This document shows, one piece after another, positions 31,928-43,135 of a stretch of DNA of 64,000 nucleotides (position 1 is the stretch's first letter; each line of letters begins with the position of its first letter). The notes below the pieces were generated by a model. It was given only the letters and a program-made list of their open reading frames with translations, searched no databases and had not been told where the DNA came from. The position numbers and the translations under genes were made by a program. The DNA comes from an uncultured archaeon (GTDB taxonomy: Archaea; Asgardarchaeota; Lokiarchaeia; Sigyniarchaeales; SOKP01). The DNA lies in NCBI GenBank assembly GCA_964486045.1, contig CAZALK010000020.1, forward strand, positions 1 to 64,000. The letters run 5' to 3'.

Positions 31928-33112
31928 ATGGTATCTAGAAGAATTAATGAAATTTCTTATGCTATTCGTGAAATAGCTGCTGTTGCTAATGAAGTTGCGA
32001 AAAGTGGGAAGAAAATTTACCATTTAAATATTGGAGATCCTGTTATATATGATTTTACTACACCTCATTATATTTCTCAAGCGTTAGCGGATGCTACCTT
32101 TGGAGGAAAAAACTACTACATTGATTCTTTAGGTGCACCGGAACTCAGAGAGGAATTAAGTAATTCTATAAACCAGAGATATAAGTTAAATGTAAACTCT
32201 AACGACATTTTAGTAACAACAGGGGTTACAGAAGCAATATTCTTTATTATAGCTGGGATTATAGAAGATAAGAAGGAATTATTGATTCCCGGACCTAGCT
32301 ATCCACTTTACATAAATTATTCAAAATTTTTTGATGGTGTTCCAATAGAATATGAACTCGATGAAAATAATAATTGGGAACCAAATATTGATGATTTAAG
32401 AAAAAAAATTACAAACCAAACCCAAGCAATTCTAATTTGTTCTCCTAATAACCCAACTGGTGTAATGTTCAGTAAAAAAAATATTAAAGATATAATAGAT
32501 ATCGCGGGGGAGTATAATTTATTCATATTATCAGATGAAATTTATGATCAGATCATCTATGATAAACAGTTTACATGCCCAGCAACTCTTAGTAATGATG
32601 TCCCAGTTATCGGACTTAATGGGTTTTCTAAAACTCATTTAACTACAGGGTGGAGGTTGGGGTATATGTACTATCATGATCCTATGGATAAATTACATGA
32701 TTTAAGACAAGGCATAGCAAAGATGGCTAGGGCAAGGTTATCAGCTAGCTCTACTGCTCAGTATGCTGCCATTGAGATATTAAAAAATCCCGGGACACAT
32801 ACTCAAGAAATGGTTACTAAATTAAAAGAAAGAAGAGATTACTCTTATGATAGATTGAGAAAAATTGAAGGGGTTACTTGCGTAGAAGCTAATGGTGCTT
32901 TTTACTTATTTCCTAAATTTGATTTTTCCGAATTAAAAAAGTGGAAGAACGATAAGGAATTTGTCGTTGAGTTTCTTAAAACTACTGGAGTTTGTACTGT
33001 ATATGGTTCTGGTTTTGGCGAATACGGAAAGAACCATGTTAGATTAACATTTTTACCAAAAATAGAGATTTTGGAGATTGTCTATAATCTTCTTGAAGAT
33101 TTTATAAGATAA
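31928..33112 (+). CDS. Class I/II PLP aminotransferase (alanine aminotransferase-like)
   Basis: LNIGDP, SPNNPTG, SDEIYD, GFSKTHLTTGWRLGY. Confidence 0.92.
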   Translation: MVSRRINEISYAIREIAAVANEVAKSGKKIYHLNIGDPVIYDFTTPHYISQALADATFGGKNYYIDSLGAPELREELSNSINQRYKLNVNSNDILVTTGVTEAIFFIIAGIIEDKKELLIPGPSYPLYINYSKFFDGVPIEYELDENNNWEPNIDDLRKKITNQTQAILICSPNNPTGVMFSKKNIKDIIDIAGEYNLFILSDEIYDQIIYDKQFTCPATLSNDVPVIGLNGFSKTHLTTGWRLGYMYYHDPMDKLHDLRQGIAKMARARLSASSTAQYAAIEILKNPGTHTQEMVTKLKERRDYSYDRLRKIEGVTCVEANGAFYLFPKFDFSELKKWKNDKEFVVEFLKTTGVCTVYGSGFGEYGKNHVRLTFLPKIEILEIVYNLLEDFIR

Positions 33113-33161
33113 ATCTCTCAAACCTTAAGATATAAGACTAGAAAAAAAGAGAAACTTCTAA

Positions 33162-33440
33162 ATGGTACTTAAAGACAAAGCAAAAAGCGAACGGAAGAGC
33201 CTTTATTTTGATTTAATATGTGGTGTAATAAGTTCAACCTCTGCTTTAATAGGTATAATCTTTATTACCTTTATGCATGAAATTACCAATATGACGGGTT
33301 TGCTAGCTGGTTTGACTTTTTGGACTGCATATTTAGTTTTTTCGTTATTTTTATTATCCGTTGGGTTATATACTAGGTGGAAAGATAAAAAATTTGACAA
33401 TAAACCGCCAAGAAAAGATTTAAAACCACAGATAGTATAG
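33162..33440 (+). CDS. Small 2-TM membrane protein
   Basis: Two hydrophobic helices. Confidence 0.65.
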   Translation: MVLKDKAKSERKSLYFDLICGVISSTSALIGIIFITFMHEITNMTGLLAGLTFWTAYLVFSLFLLSVGLYTRWKDKKFDNKPPRKDLKPQIV

Positions 33441-33556
33441 TAATATTACTTTCTGGTGCCTACTTCCCTGATAATTTTCACCACCAACGTTTTAACATGT
33501 TGTTTTAATCATTACAAGAAGAAATTTTTTATATTAAAACCGCATTTTAGTGAATT

Positions 33557-34666
33557 ATGATCAATAAATTTTATGAGAATCTAGCTGCATTAGTAGTTAA
33601 TTATTCCGTAAAAGTAAAAAAGGGAGATAGAATATATATTACTGGTCCTGCTTTCGCTAAAGAACTCTTTCAAGCTCTCTATGTTGAAATTATAAAATCT
33701 GGGGGAAATACTTTTCTTCTACCACAAATAGAAGGAATTGGAGAACTAAAATATAAATATGCATCTGAAGAACAATTAATATATGTAGATCCCATTTTTA
33801 AATTATTACTCAAAGAAATTGATGGTTACATATTAATACAAGGAGATTATAATACTCGGAAATTAAGTTTGATCGATCCAAGAAAAATTGCAAAATCTCA
33901 AGGATCACCTGATAACCGGGAGCTCTGGGAAATTTTAATGGATAGGATTGGTAGAAAGAATCTTAGTTACCTTGTTGTGCCATTTCCGTGCAATTCATTA
34001 GCCCAAGAAGCAAATATGGATTTATTTTCCTATTTTGAGTTTGTCCAAAATGCTTAGTTACTTCACAAAGATGATCCTGTTAAAGAATGGTCAGAAATCG
34101 ATAAAAAACAACAAAAGATTTGTGAAGTTTTAGATAATGTTGATAAAATTCAAATAATTGGTGAAGATACAGATTTAGCACTTTCAGTGAAAGGGAGAAA
34201 GTGGATTAATTGTTCTGGACAATTAAATTTACCTGATGGAGAGGTTTGCACAGGACCATTAGAAAACTCTGCTAATGGACATATTAGATTTACATATCCT
34301 GGATTATATCAAGGGAGAGAAATTACAAACATATATTTGGAATTTAAAGACGGAATAGTTTTAAAAGCTACAGCAGAAAAAGGGGAAGAGATATTAAAAG
34401 AAATATTAAAAATTGAAAATGCTGATAAGCTAGGGGAATTTGCTATCGGGACGAATTATGGAATCACTCAATATACTAAAAATATATTATTTGACGAGAA
34501 ATTGGGAGGTACAATACATCTTGCTCTTGGGGGAGGACTTGAAGAAGCTGGTTCTAACAATAAAAGTGCTCTACATTGGGACATTATAAAAGATATGAAA
34601 CAGTCTGGATCAAAAATTCTTGCTGATGATAAAATTATATATGAAGAAGGAAAGTGGAAGATATAA
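33557..34666 (+). pseudogene. M29-family aminopeptidase split by one in-frame TAG (34055-34057); 369 aa if read through
   Basis: AQEANM, NLPDGEV, GEFAIGTN, LFDEKLGGTIHLALG, SALHWD. The frame stays open across the TAG: FVQNA*LLHKDDPVKEW. Confidence 0.88.
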
Positions 34667-34804
34667 AATAGGATTAAGAGGATTAGTTAATGCATTCAAT
34701 TTAATAAGCCACATCTTTTTTTCTTTTCTTGAAAAAGAATAGATTTATATACATATTTGTCTTATTTTTTTCTGGAATAATAATTGAATAATCCCATTTT
34801 AAAA

Positions 34805-34948
34805 TGGGGTGAATTATAGTCAACACGTAGAGTCACTGTACTGTTAAGAATAATGATTTCATTAGCCTTAATAGATGTATATGTGATACACGAGACAGGA
34901 AATCAATTAGAATTCCAAAAAATAAAATTTTTACTATAATTCACCCCA
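34805..34948. repeat. 144-bp intergenic element bounded by a perfect 16-bp inverted repeat
   Basis: TGGGGTGAATTATAGT (34805-34820) and ACTATAATTCACCCCA (34933-34948). Confidence 0.8.
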
Positions 34949-35304
34949 CCCTTATTATATTCAGATATTAATTCAAATATCTAATTGAGAATTTTTCTGT
35001 TTTTTCTTTAATATTAATCACATTTTTTATTTAATACCCCTCAATAGAATATCTCTAAAATTTTATTCTCAAACGATTATAATATCTAAGTATTACATTA
35101 GAAAATATAATTCCATAGGATTCCTTTAAGTAAATATTAAGATAATTTTACACACAAATTATTTATCAAAAAGTTATGGCTCTTCTTGGTTAACTTTAAG
35201 GATAAAATTATTTGGACATAAAATTGTGCGGAATGTCATAACAAAAAATAAGAAAAATATAGTTACTTAAAAATATGGTTTATCTTTAAATAATTAGAAC
35301 CAAA

Positions 35305-35637
35305 TTGTCCATAAAAAAAAAGATGAAAATTAGCAACAACGAAGAAGATCATGAGTTAGATTGTTATCTGAATATACTTGAATATTTCCAGAATGTCAAG
35401 ATAGATAAAAAAAATACTGACATTTGGAAGAACCAATCTTTTATCGATCTTATGAAATTGTTAGAAAATAAAAAAAATAGGGCCTTGGTAACCAATGCTA
35501 TAATCTTAATTTTATCCTTATTTGATGATATCCCTCCAGATACTTATAATAGCCGCGGAGAAGATATTAACATGATTTCTATTGAAGATAGAAAATCTCT
35601 ATTTGCCGGTTTAGATGAAGACTTTTTACCTAATTAA
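35305..35637 (+). CDS. Hypothetical protein
   Basis: 110-aa ORF, acidic and helical. Confidence 0.6.
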   Translation: MSIKKKMKISNNEEDHELDCYLNILEYFQNVKIDKKNTDIWKNQSFIDLMKLLENKKNRALVTNAIILILSLFDDIPPDTYNSRGEDINMISIEDRKSLFAGLDEDFLPN

Positions 35638-35771
35638 ACTGAATCAGTTTTATTTCTTTTATAGTTTCAATCATTCAAGTAAAAAATTCCTAAAAACATT
35701 CATTTAAATTTTTATAGTTTCATTTTTATTACAAACAGTTATAGATTTATTTCTATGGATAAGGGGATACC

Positions 35772-38700
35772 ATGCACATAAATCAAAAGATTTCTCTTAA
35801 AAAAAAGAGGATCAATTGCTTATTTGTTATAATTTCGATGTTTTTTTTAATTTTATTCATTAATTTGAATTTAATCAATAATTCGAATCTAACTATCTAT
35901 GATTCAAAAAATCCAAATGAAGACCATAATGATTCCTTTCAAAATATAAAAACTTCCAATTCAGAATCTATTTTATTCCAAGGAACTGAAGCCCATTTAA
36001 ATATAACTGATACTGGTAATTTCTATGAATATAATCAAGAGATATCAGTATCGAATCAAGGGGAAACAAATTTAACATATTATTTAGACGATGTACATGA
36101 CTGGAAAGGTTCAACAATAGAAACTACGATAACAAATATTCAAGATACTAGAAATTGGATTAATAATTCTGGATTTAAATCTCCTATAATTTATAGAGTA
36201 TATCAAGTCTTTCAGACAGATCATAACTATTCAAATAATAATAATCTAAATTGGGCTAGTCCAGAATCTTCTGTTTTTGAGTCAGGAGCAAAATATATTA
36301 GAGTTCATTTTGTTAATTTTTCTTTTGAGCTAAGTTATGATTTTTTATATCTTGCTAATGAAACTAATGATATCTACTATGTGAATGATAGTAAAGCATA
36401 TGATTTATTTTCTCCGTGGATTCCTGGGGAATATATCAAAATAGATTATGATTCTGATAATTCTGTTGATGATTATGGTTATTATATCGATTATTATGAA
36501 TATATTAATGATAGTTCAAATACCGTAATTAATTCAGAATGGAGTTTTAATTATAACCAAATTGGAACAACTGGAAGGAATTATAATGGGGTAAGTGAGA
36601 TTGACAATAGTACAGCTATGTATGTTGCTATGTATGCAGAATATCTGGATTACAATCAATTTAGTTATGAAGATGGAGCATTTTCTGAAGTTTATCAGGA
36701 TTTTAGTATACCTAGAGGTACAGTAAGTGACGCTTACATAAGTTTTGATTATTATGCTCAATATGGATTAGCAACGAATGATAACTATGTATATGTTTCA
36801 ATTAATAATAAAAAAATATATTCCAAAGGAATTGCAGATCTATTAGAGTTAGGTAAGAACCAATGGCATAAAACTGGAAAAATCACTACTAATTTTTGGG
36901 TTAATTCTTCTTCTATTTTTGATTCAAATGTTCAAAATCAGCAATTTAATATTTCAATAGGGATAAAATGTGCTGGTGGGTATACATACACTAATTTTGA
37001 TGATGGCTTTTTAAATATTATTTGGTTTGATAATGTATCCTTAGTTTTATCAACAATAGGAAACTCAAGCCAAGATGATATAAATTTAAAAATTAATTCA
37101 GAGAATTTATTTGAAGGAAATGAATGGGGGTTTTCAAACTTAAACTTCACCGGAATTTGGGAAACAAATCCAGTAACTCTATCAATAAATACAACATCGC
37201 CGGATCTAAATTTCATTTTAAATACTACGATATATGGGAATCACTCTGGGACTTCAAAAATTAATCAACAAAATGATGAAGGAATTAGCTATAAAATTTT
37301 GAATAACGGGTCAATTTATTGGGATTTTTTTCACAATTTTTATATGCCCTCTCAATACTCTGATTTTGAATTCAATATACAAAAGCCAAAAAATTGGAAA
37401 TTTTTAGATAGTTTAGATCCTACTCTACAATCTCGATCATATGAAGGTGGAGATATAGGAGATTCATTTTTGAAGATTAACAAAACAAATGCAATTTTTC
37501 CTGGATGGTGGTCATTTAGAGCTGAATCTCCTAATTACCTTAATATTTTAAATTCTAAAATACTTAAGGAAAGTCAGTGGGTTACAAATGCGTCATTTAA
37601 CACCGGAGAATCAACTCGAATAAAAACTCAATTAAATTACTCAGGTGAAATACCAAATGATGCAGGAGTAATTAATCTTACAATATATCATCCCAATGGA
37701 ACGATTTTTTATGAAGAAAGCGTAGCGCCATTCGGTGGTAATGTATCATTTTCAGAAATTACCTTTGGGGTGTATAATACTAGTGGCGGTCTTTATGAAT
37801 ATACTCTATTTTGGAGTAATAGTACTGCATTAGGAGGTTTAATATCAAGTTTTATTGTCATGCATCAAAGTTCAATAACTTTATTAAAACCGGATAATGC
37901 AATTTCCGATTTAATAACAGATGCTTTTTTTGGAGATATAATTCCATTACGGATCCAATTAAAAGATTTAGAAAATAATAGATCACTTTCAGGAGCCATG
38001 GTTACTTATAATTGGTCAACAGGGTTAGAGAACTTTGCAGAAGCAGCTTTAGGAATATATGAAACAATATTAGATACCTCTGAATTAAATTCAAATGGCT
38101 TTTATGAGATTTTCATCAATTCTTCCAAACTTGGATTTACAAATTATAATATAACAGTAAAAATCAATTTGCTTGAGGAAACTAACTTACTCCGCTTGGA
38201 ATCATCGTATTATATTGAATTACATGATAATAGTACAGTTAAATATAGTTATACTAATTTTTCAGGAGGTGGTATTTCAAGTGCTATTGTAGACATTAAT
38301 TTAAATAATTCCTATTAGAGTATAACAGATTTTCTTGACGGTAATTATACTGTAGAATTCGATACTTCATATATTAATAATTTAGGAGTTCATCAAATAG
38401 AATTAAACTTTTCTAAACCTGCATTTGAAACTAAATATGCATTACTTCAGTTTGAAATAATAGAACAGTCTGTAAATTTGTCTGTATATATAAATTCTCA
38501 AAAAATTCAAGAAAACTCATTAATCGAAGCGATGTTTAAAGGAACTTTAAATATATCCGTAAGAATTTTTGCTACAATTGATGAGACCTATCTTTCAGGA
38601 GGTAATGTGACATGGGATTCTGACAAATATTATAAAGAAATTTTAGAAGGATCAAATTCTTGGTTTAATTATTCAATTCAATTATCAAGTAACAATTTCT

Positions 38701-40574
38701 CAATGGGTTTAAATTTCGTGCTCATACAATTTGAGCAAGCAAATTATAGAATCAGCAGTTTTGGGTTCCAAATATTAATGGAAGCGCAAACTGTAAACAT
38801 ATCAACGTTTATAAATGGAGAAGAAATTCCTGAAAATTATATTGAAGAGTTAACTTTCAAGGAATCAATGAATATTTCAGTAAAAGTATTTGCTAATGGT
38901 GAGAGTGTTTATTTATCTGGGGCAAATGTCACATTAATCGGTGATACCCTTAACACAATAGTACCTGAAACTGTTTTTCCATGGTATAATACTTCCATTA
39001 TAATTTCGAATTCTTATTTTAACCCCGGTGTAAATTATGTTTATTTAAAATTTCAACTTGAAAATTATACAACAGACACTTTTTCATTTCAATTGATAAT
39101 CAAAACCCAAACACTTAATTTGTCTGTATATGTAAATTCAGAGAAAATATCAGAAAATAATCTTTTAGAATTCAGATTTAATGAAGAATTCTCTATTTCT
39201 GCCCAGAGTTTTGCGACTGCAGAGGAAGTTTATTTAACTGGAGGAATATTAACTTTTATTGCTAGTACTTATGAAAAAAACTTAACAAATCTTTCCGATT
39301 GGTATAATTCAACAATATCCTGTTCACCAGACATTTTCTCAATAGGAGTTAATTATATATATTTGAGATTTCAAAAGGAGAATTACTCTACAACTCTTTT
39401 TTCTTTTCAATTACTAATTGATCAAATTGATCTTCAAGTAGATTCGATAGGTTTTGAGGACACTATTAATGTCGAAATAGGTGAGACATTTATTATTCAG
39501 CTAAAACTATTAAATCCTAATAATAATATGACGATTGAGTCCGCTACTATAAGTTTCACGTGGGAATATGGATTTGGAGTGTTTAACGCTACACAAAATG
39601 GAATTTATCAATATACATTAAAATTACCTAAAAATCTAAGAGGAAATTATCAATTTAATCTAATTATTATTCCAGATAATACAACTTATAAAGCAGTCCA
39701 ACATTCTTTTGTTGTTGTAATTAATGAGCCAATTATCCAAAATAATTCTCCAGGATTTTTATTATTGAGCATTATTCTCATTTTAATTGGTATTGTGAGT
39801 GCATTAGGAGTTCTTAGTTTGAGATCTTATGTATTATTGCCAAGAAGAAGGAAAAAGGAATCAGAATTATTATCGAAGACTCAAAGATTCAAGGATCTTA
39901 AAAATATTCAAGCAATTGTTATGATACATAGAATAAGTGGAATACCACTTTACACAAAGACTTATTCGATTTTAGAAAAGCATAAAAAAGAATTGTTTTC
40001 AGGGTTTATTCAAGCTATTACAACAATTGGAGAAGAATTTACTGATTCTGAAGAAATAGAGAGTAGATTGGATGCAAAGAAAGAAAACTTCGGAATTGAA
40101 AAGATAATTGAATTAGATTTTAAATATTTTTATTGCTTAATTTCGGATAAAGAAGATATAAGAATAGTATTTATCCTCAAAGAAAAATCTTCAGAACGAC
40201 TGAAAAGTCAAGTTTCACATCTTTTGCTGGCTTTAAACCTCAAATTATCACAATATATAGAAGATTGGGATGGTTCTTTAGACATATTTGAGGAGATGGT
40301 TCCTACGATAATAGGTGAGTATTTCGAGTTATATTATAAAGGCTCATTTAAACTTCCTAAAAAATTAAATCTTTTTAAATTAAGGAAAGATAAGTCTCTG
40401 TCGAAGATGGAAATTCGAGTTCTAAATGTAGTTGAATCAATGTTAAAAAGGGGTGAGGAGATTCTAACTTTAAACAGTATTCTCGAATTGGTTAGTGAAG
40501 AAAATAAAGATCTGATTATTGAAGCAATTGAGGTATTGATAGAAAGAAAATTAATTATTCCCGTCAATCCTTAA
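35772..40574 (+). CDS. Large surface protein (1600 aa if read through): N-terminal signal/TM, CUB-like and Ig-like beta-rich ectodomain, TM, cytoplasmic longin-like domain and probable wHTH; split by an in-frame TAG at 38316-38318
   Basis: ORFs 35772-38318 and 38478-40574 share a frame with an open spacer (NNSY*SITDFLDGNYTVEF...). CUB-like IRVHFVNFSFELSYDFLY...SDNSVDDYGY; many N-x-S/T sequons; cytoplasmic IQAIVMIHRISGIPLY...LFSGFIQAI. Confidence 0.8.
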
Positions 40575-40622
40575 ATTTATAATAATAAAATTCAAATTTT
40601 AATTTATTTTTCTTTGACTTGA

Positions 40623-41243
40623 ATGGTAAATCCAGAAGAACTAAGATTTATCTGCACAAGATGTGGGAACTGTTGTACAGATCGCGATACTATTGTTAAT
40701 ATTACATACTTAGATATTTTAAGATTAAAAACAAGTTTAAAATTAGATCTGAAAGAAACCATTGAAGTTATTGGATTTTATGTATTTCACAAGAAGTTAA
40801 CTGAAAGAAACTTGAAGAAAATGGTTGTTTCTCCAATAGAAACTGAAAGGGGTTTAGCATTTACTGGTCTTCTTAAAAATAGCTTAGGTGAGTGTTATTT
40901 TTTTGATAATAAAAAATTGGAATGTTTAATTTATGATGTAAGACCTATGCTTTGTAGAACTTTTCCTTTCTCCTTTTATACAACCAAGAATATTGAAAAT
41001 CAAGCTAAAGGAAAGGTTGAGATTTGTTATACTGAGAAAGCTAAGGAATATTGCCCGGGTATAGGTTTAGACTCAGAAATTATTGAACATGATCACTGGT
41101 TAAAAATTGGTAAAGAAACTTTAAAACAACTAAAAAAAAACCATCTTTTTAATGAAAAATGGAATATTAACGTCAAAAATGGAAGTATATTACCAAAAGT
41201 GAAAAATTATCTTAGAACTATATTTAAGATTAACGAAACTTAA
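40623..41243 (+). CDS. YkgJ-family Cys-cluster (CxxCxxCC) protein
   Basis: FICTRCGNCC, CYFF...CLIYDVRPMLCRTFPF, CPG. Confidence 0.9.
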   Translation: MVNPEELRFICTRCGNCCTDRDTIVNITYLDILRLKTSLKLDLKETIEVIGFYVFHKKLTERNLKKMVVSPIETERGLAFTGLLKNSLGECYFFDNKKLECLIYDVRPMLCRTFPFSFYTTKNIENQAKGKVEICYTEKAKEYCPGIGLDSEIIEHDHWLKIGKETLKQLKKNHLFNEKWNINVKNGSILPKVKNYLRTIFKINET

Positions 41244-41268
41244 GCCAACAAGTTAAAATAACGTTAAT

Positions 41269-43042
41269 TTAAAGATTTAAAAAATTTTGAACAGTGTATT
41301 GAGTGCAAGCTAATAAAGACCAAAATAGCATCCTTAACTCAATCTTATATGCTAATTTATCAATTCTCCAATTAAAATCTTTATCAAGATTTTCTAAACT
41401 AAAATATTCTGTTGATTTTATAATGAAATTGAGTAATCGACTGCTTAATATTGATTCTTGATTTTTCATGTCAAGTAAGCTTAGTATTAATAATGTTTTA
41501 GCAGAATTTGTTACTAAATCATCAATAGAACCCTTTTGAGTTAAATCTTTTTTAAGCTCATTAATATAGAGGGTATTAAACTTTGAAGTATTTATTTTCC
41601 TGTCCAATATTTTAAAGAACCCTATATAATTATAAATATCCAATACTGGATTAAATCTTTCTATATTTAATAAATCTAATCCTAAAACATGAGATAATAA
41701 ATATTCTTTATTCAAGGGGATAATCCCACTTTTTTCTAAAATTTTTAAGGATTGTAAGGTATAGTGATTCAATTTTAATTTCTCTGGTATGAAAATTTTG
41801 AATTCTGCTATTAGAAACTCTTTGATCGCTTGAAGATTTATTATATCAATATTATGTATTAAATCCAATTCGGTTGTAATAGCAAGTCCATAAAAGATAT
41901 TAATAGGATCAGGTACGCTATTTTTGGAATAACTAAACACTTTATTAGAAATATAGTTTTTTAAGATTCCTACTATTTCTGTTGATGTAAAAGGAAATTC
42001 AATCCCTAACATCTTTAAGATTGAGATATAATAATAGGAACTTTCCAAATCTAAGAAAGCAGGATTAATTATTCGTGAATTCAGCAGATTGACAGTATTT
42101 ATTTTAAATCTATTTATGATATTTGGATCTACAGATGGTAGATTGCCAATATCATCCAGGAAAATATTCGTTTTTTCCTTTGAATCATTTTCAATTTTTT
42201 CAATGTTTTTAGGTTTAATATTATCCTTTGGAACAATGGAAGGTATTTGCTTAAAATCTTCTGCATATCTTTGATAATCTTTATCTAAATTTGTCTCTTC
42301 TAATTTTTCGACAGAAGATTTGAACACTTCCGTTTTCAGTTTCTTTAAAGTTTCAATAGAATCCTTCCTAGCTTCTTCTAATTGTTTTAAAATATCTAAT
42401 TCATCACTTTTCTTTTCCTTTGTATTTCCAGGTCCTTTTTCCTCATTCATTATCGTATTATCAAACTTGGTAAGATTCTTTTTGGTTTTTTCTATTTTAA
42501 TAGATAAATCTGATATATTTAAATATTCTTCAATACCCGTGAGAGCAATATATTCTTTTATTTTATCAGAAATAATATTCTTTTCTTTGAATTGATGTAT
42601 TTTGTTAACAAAACTAGGAGATATTAATTTAAATAATCTTTAAAGCTTCAATTTTTTTGATATCCAAATCTATTAAGTATTCAATTATGATTTTGAATAA
42701 GATTTTAGTCACATAATCATTAAGATAATGTAGTAAATAAGAACTATAATCAGGTTCCTTTATATTATTTTTGTTAATCTCACTTAAATAATTAGTTTGA
42801 ATTTCTGTCAATTTGCTTATTGGCACTCCAAGAGTATTTAAGCCTGTTTTTATTGCTTTTAACATTTTATAAAGAGTTGCTTTGAATGTTTTTTCTGTCT
42901 CAGTTGAAGTATCTATCTCTAAATTGATATTTTTATAAGAAACAAGGTCTTTTAAATACAAGTAAGATCTCTTGTAATAATCTACAATCTCGTTTTTCAT
43001 ATATGATAAAAATTCAGTGAGGAAATTTAGTGAATCTTCCAT
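41269..43042 (-). pseudogene. Hypothetical alpha-helical protein (~590 aa) split by a single-base frameshift at ~42635-42643
   Basis: ORF 42629-43042 ends EALKII*. The +1 frame runs open as LFKLISPSFVNK...FDNTI into ORF 41269-42450. Confidence 0.7.
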
Positions 43043-43135
43043 TTCCCGATTTCCTATTTTATTAAAAGGTATATATTGAAAATTATAAATCTATGTTAAC
43101 ATATATATGTTATAAAAAATAAAACATTTTCACTT

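Noticed and set aside
34036-34070. BHB intron around the aminopeptidase TAG
   Set aside because: UUUGU/ACAAA can pair, but the central helix fails and the protein shows no apparent insertion.
33557-40574. Genome-wide reassignment of TAG
   Set aside because: TAG ends full-length genes here, including hisH (10372), the ACT protein (58242) and the GTPase fusion (47324), so complete reassignment is not supported.
42615-42670. BHB intron at the +1 frameshift
   Set aside because: An outer GGAUAU/AUAUCU pairing exists, but no 4-bp central helix with 3-nt bulges. One extra base explains the shift.
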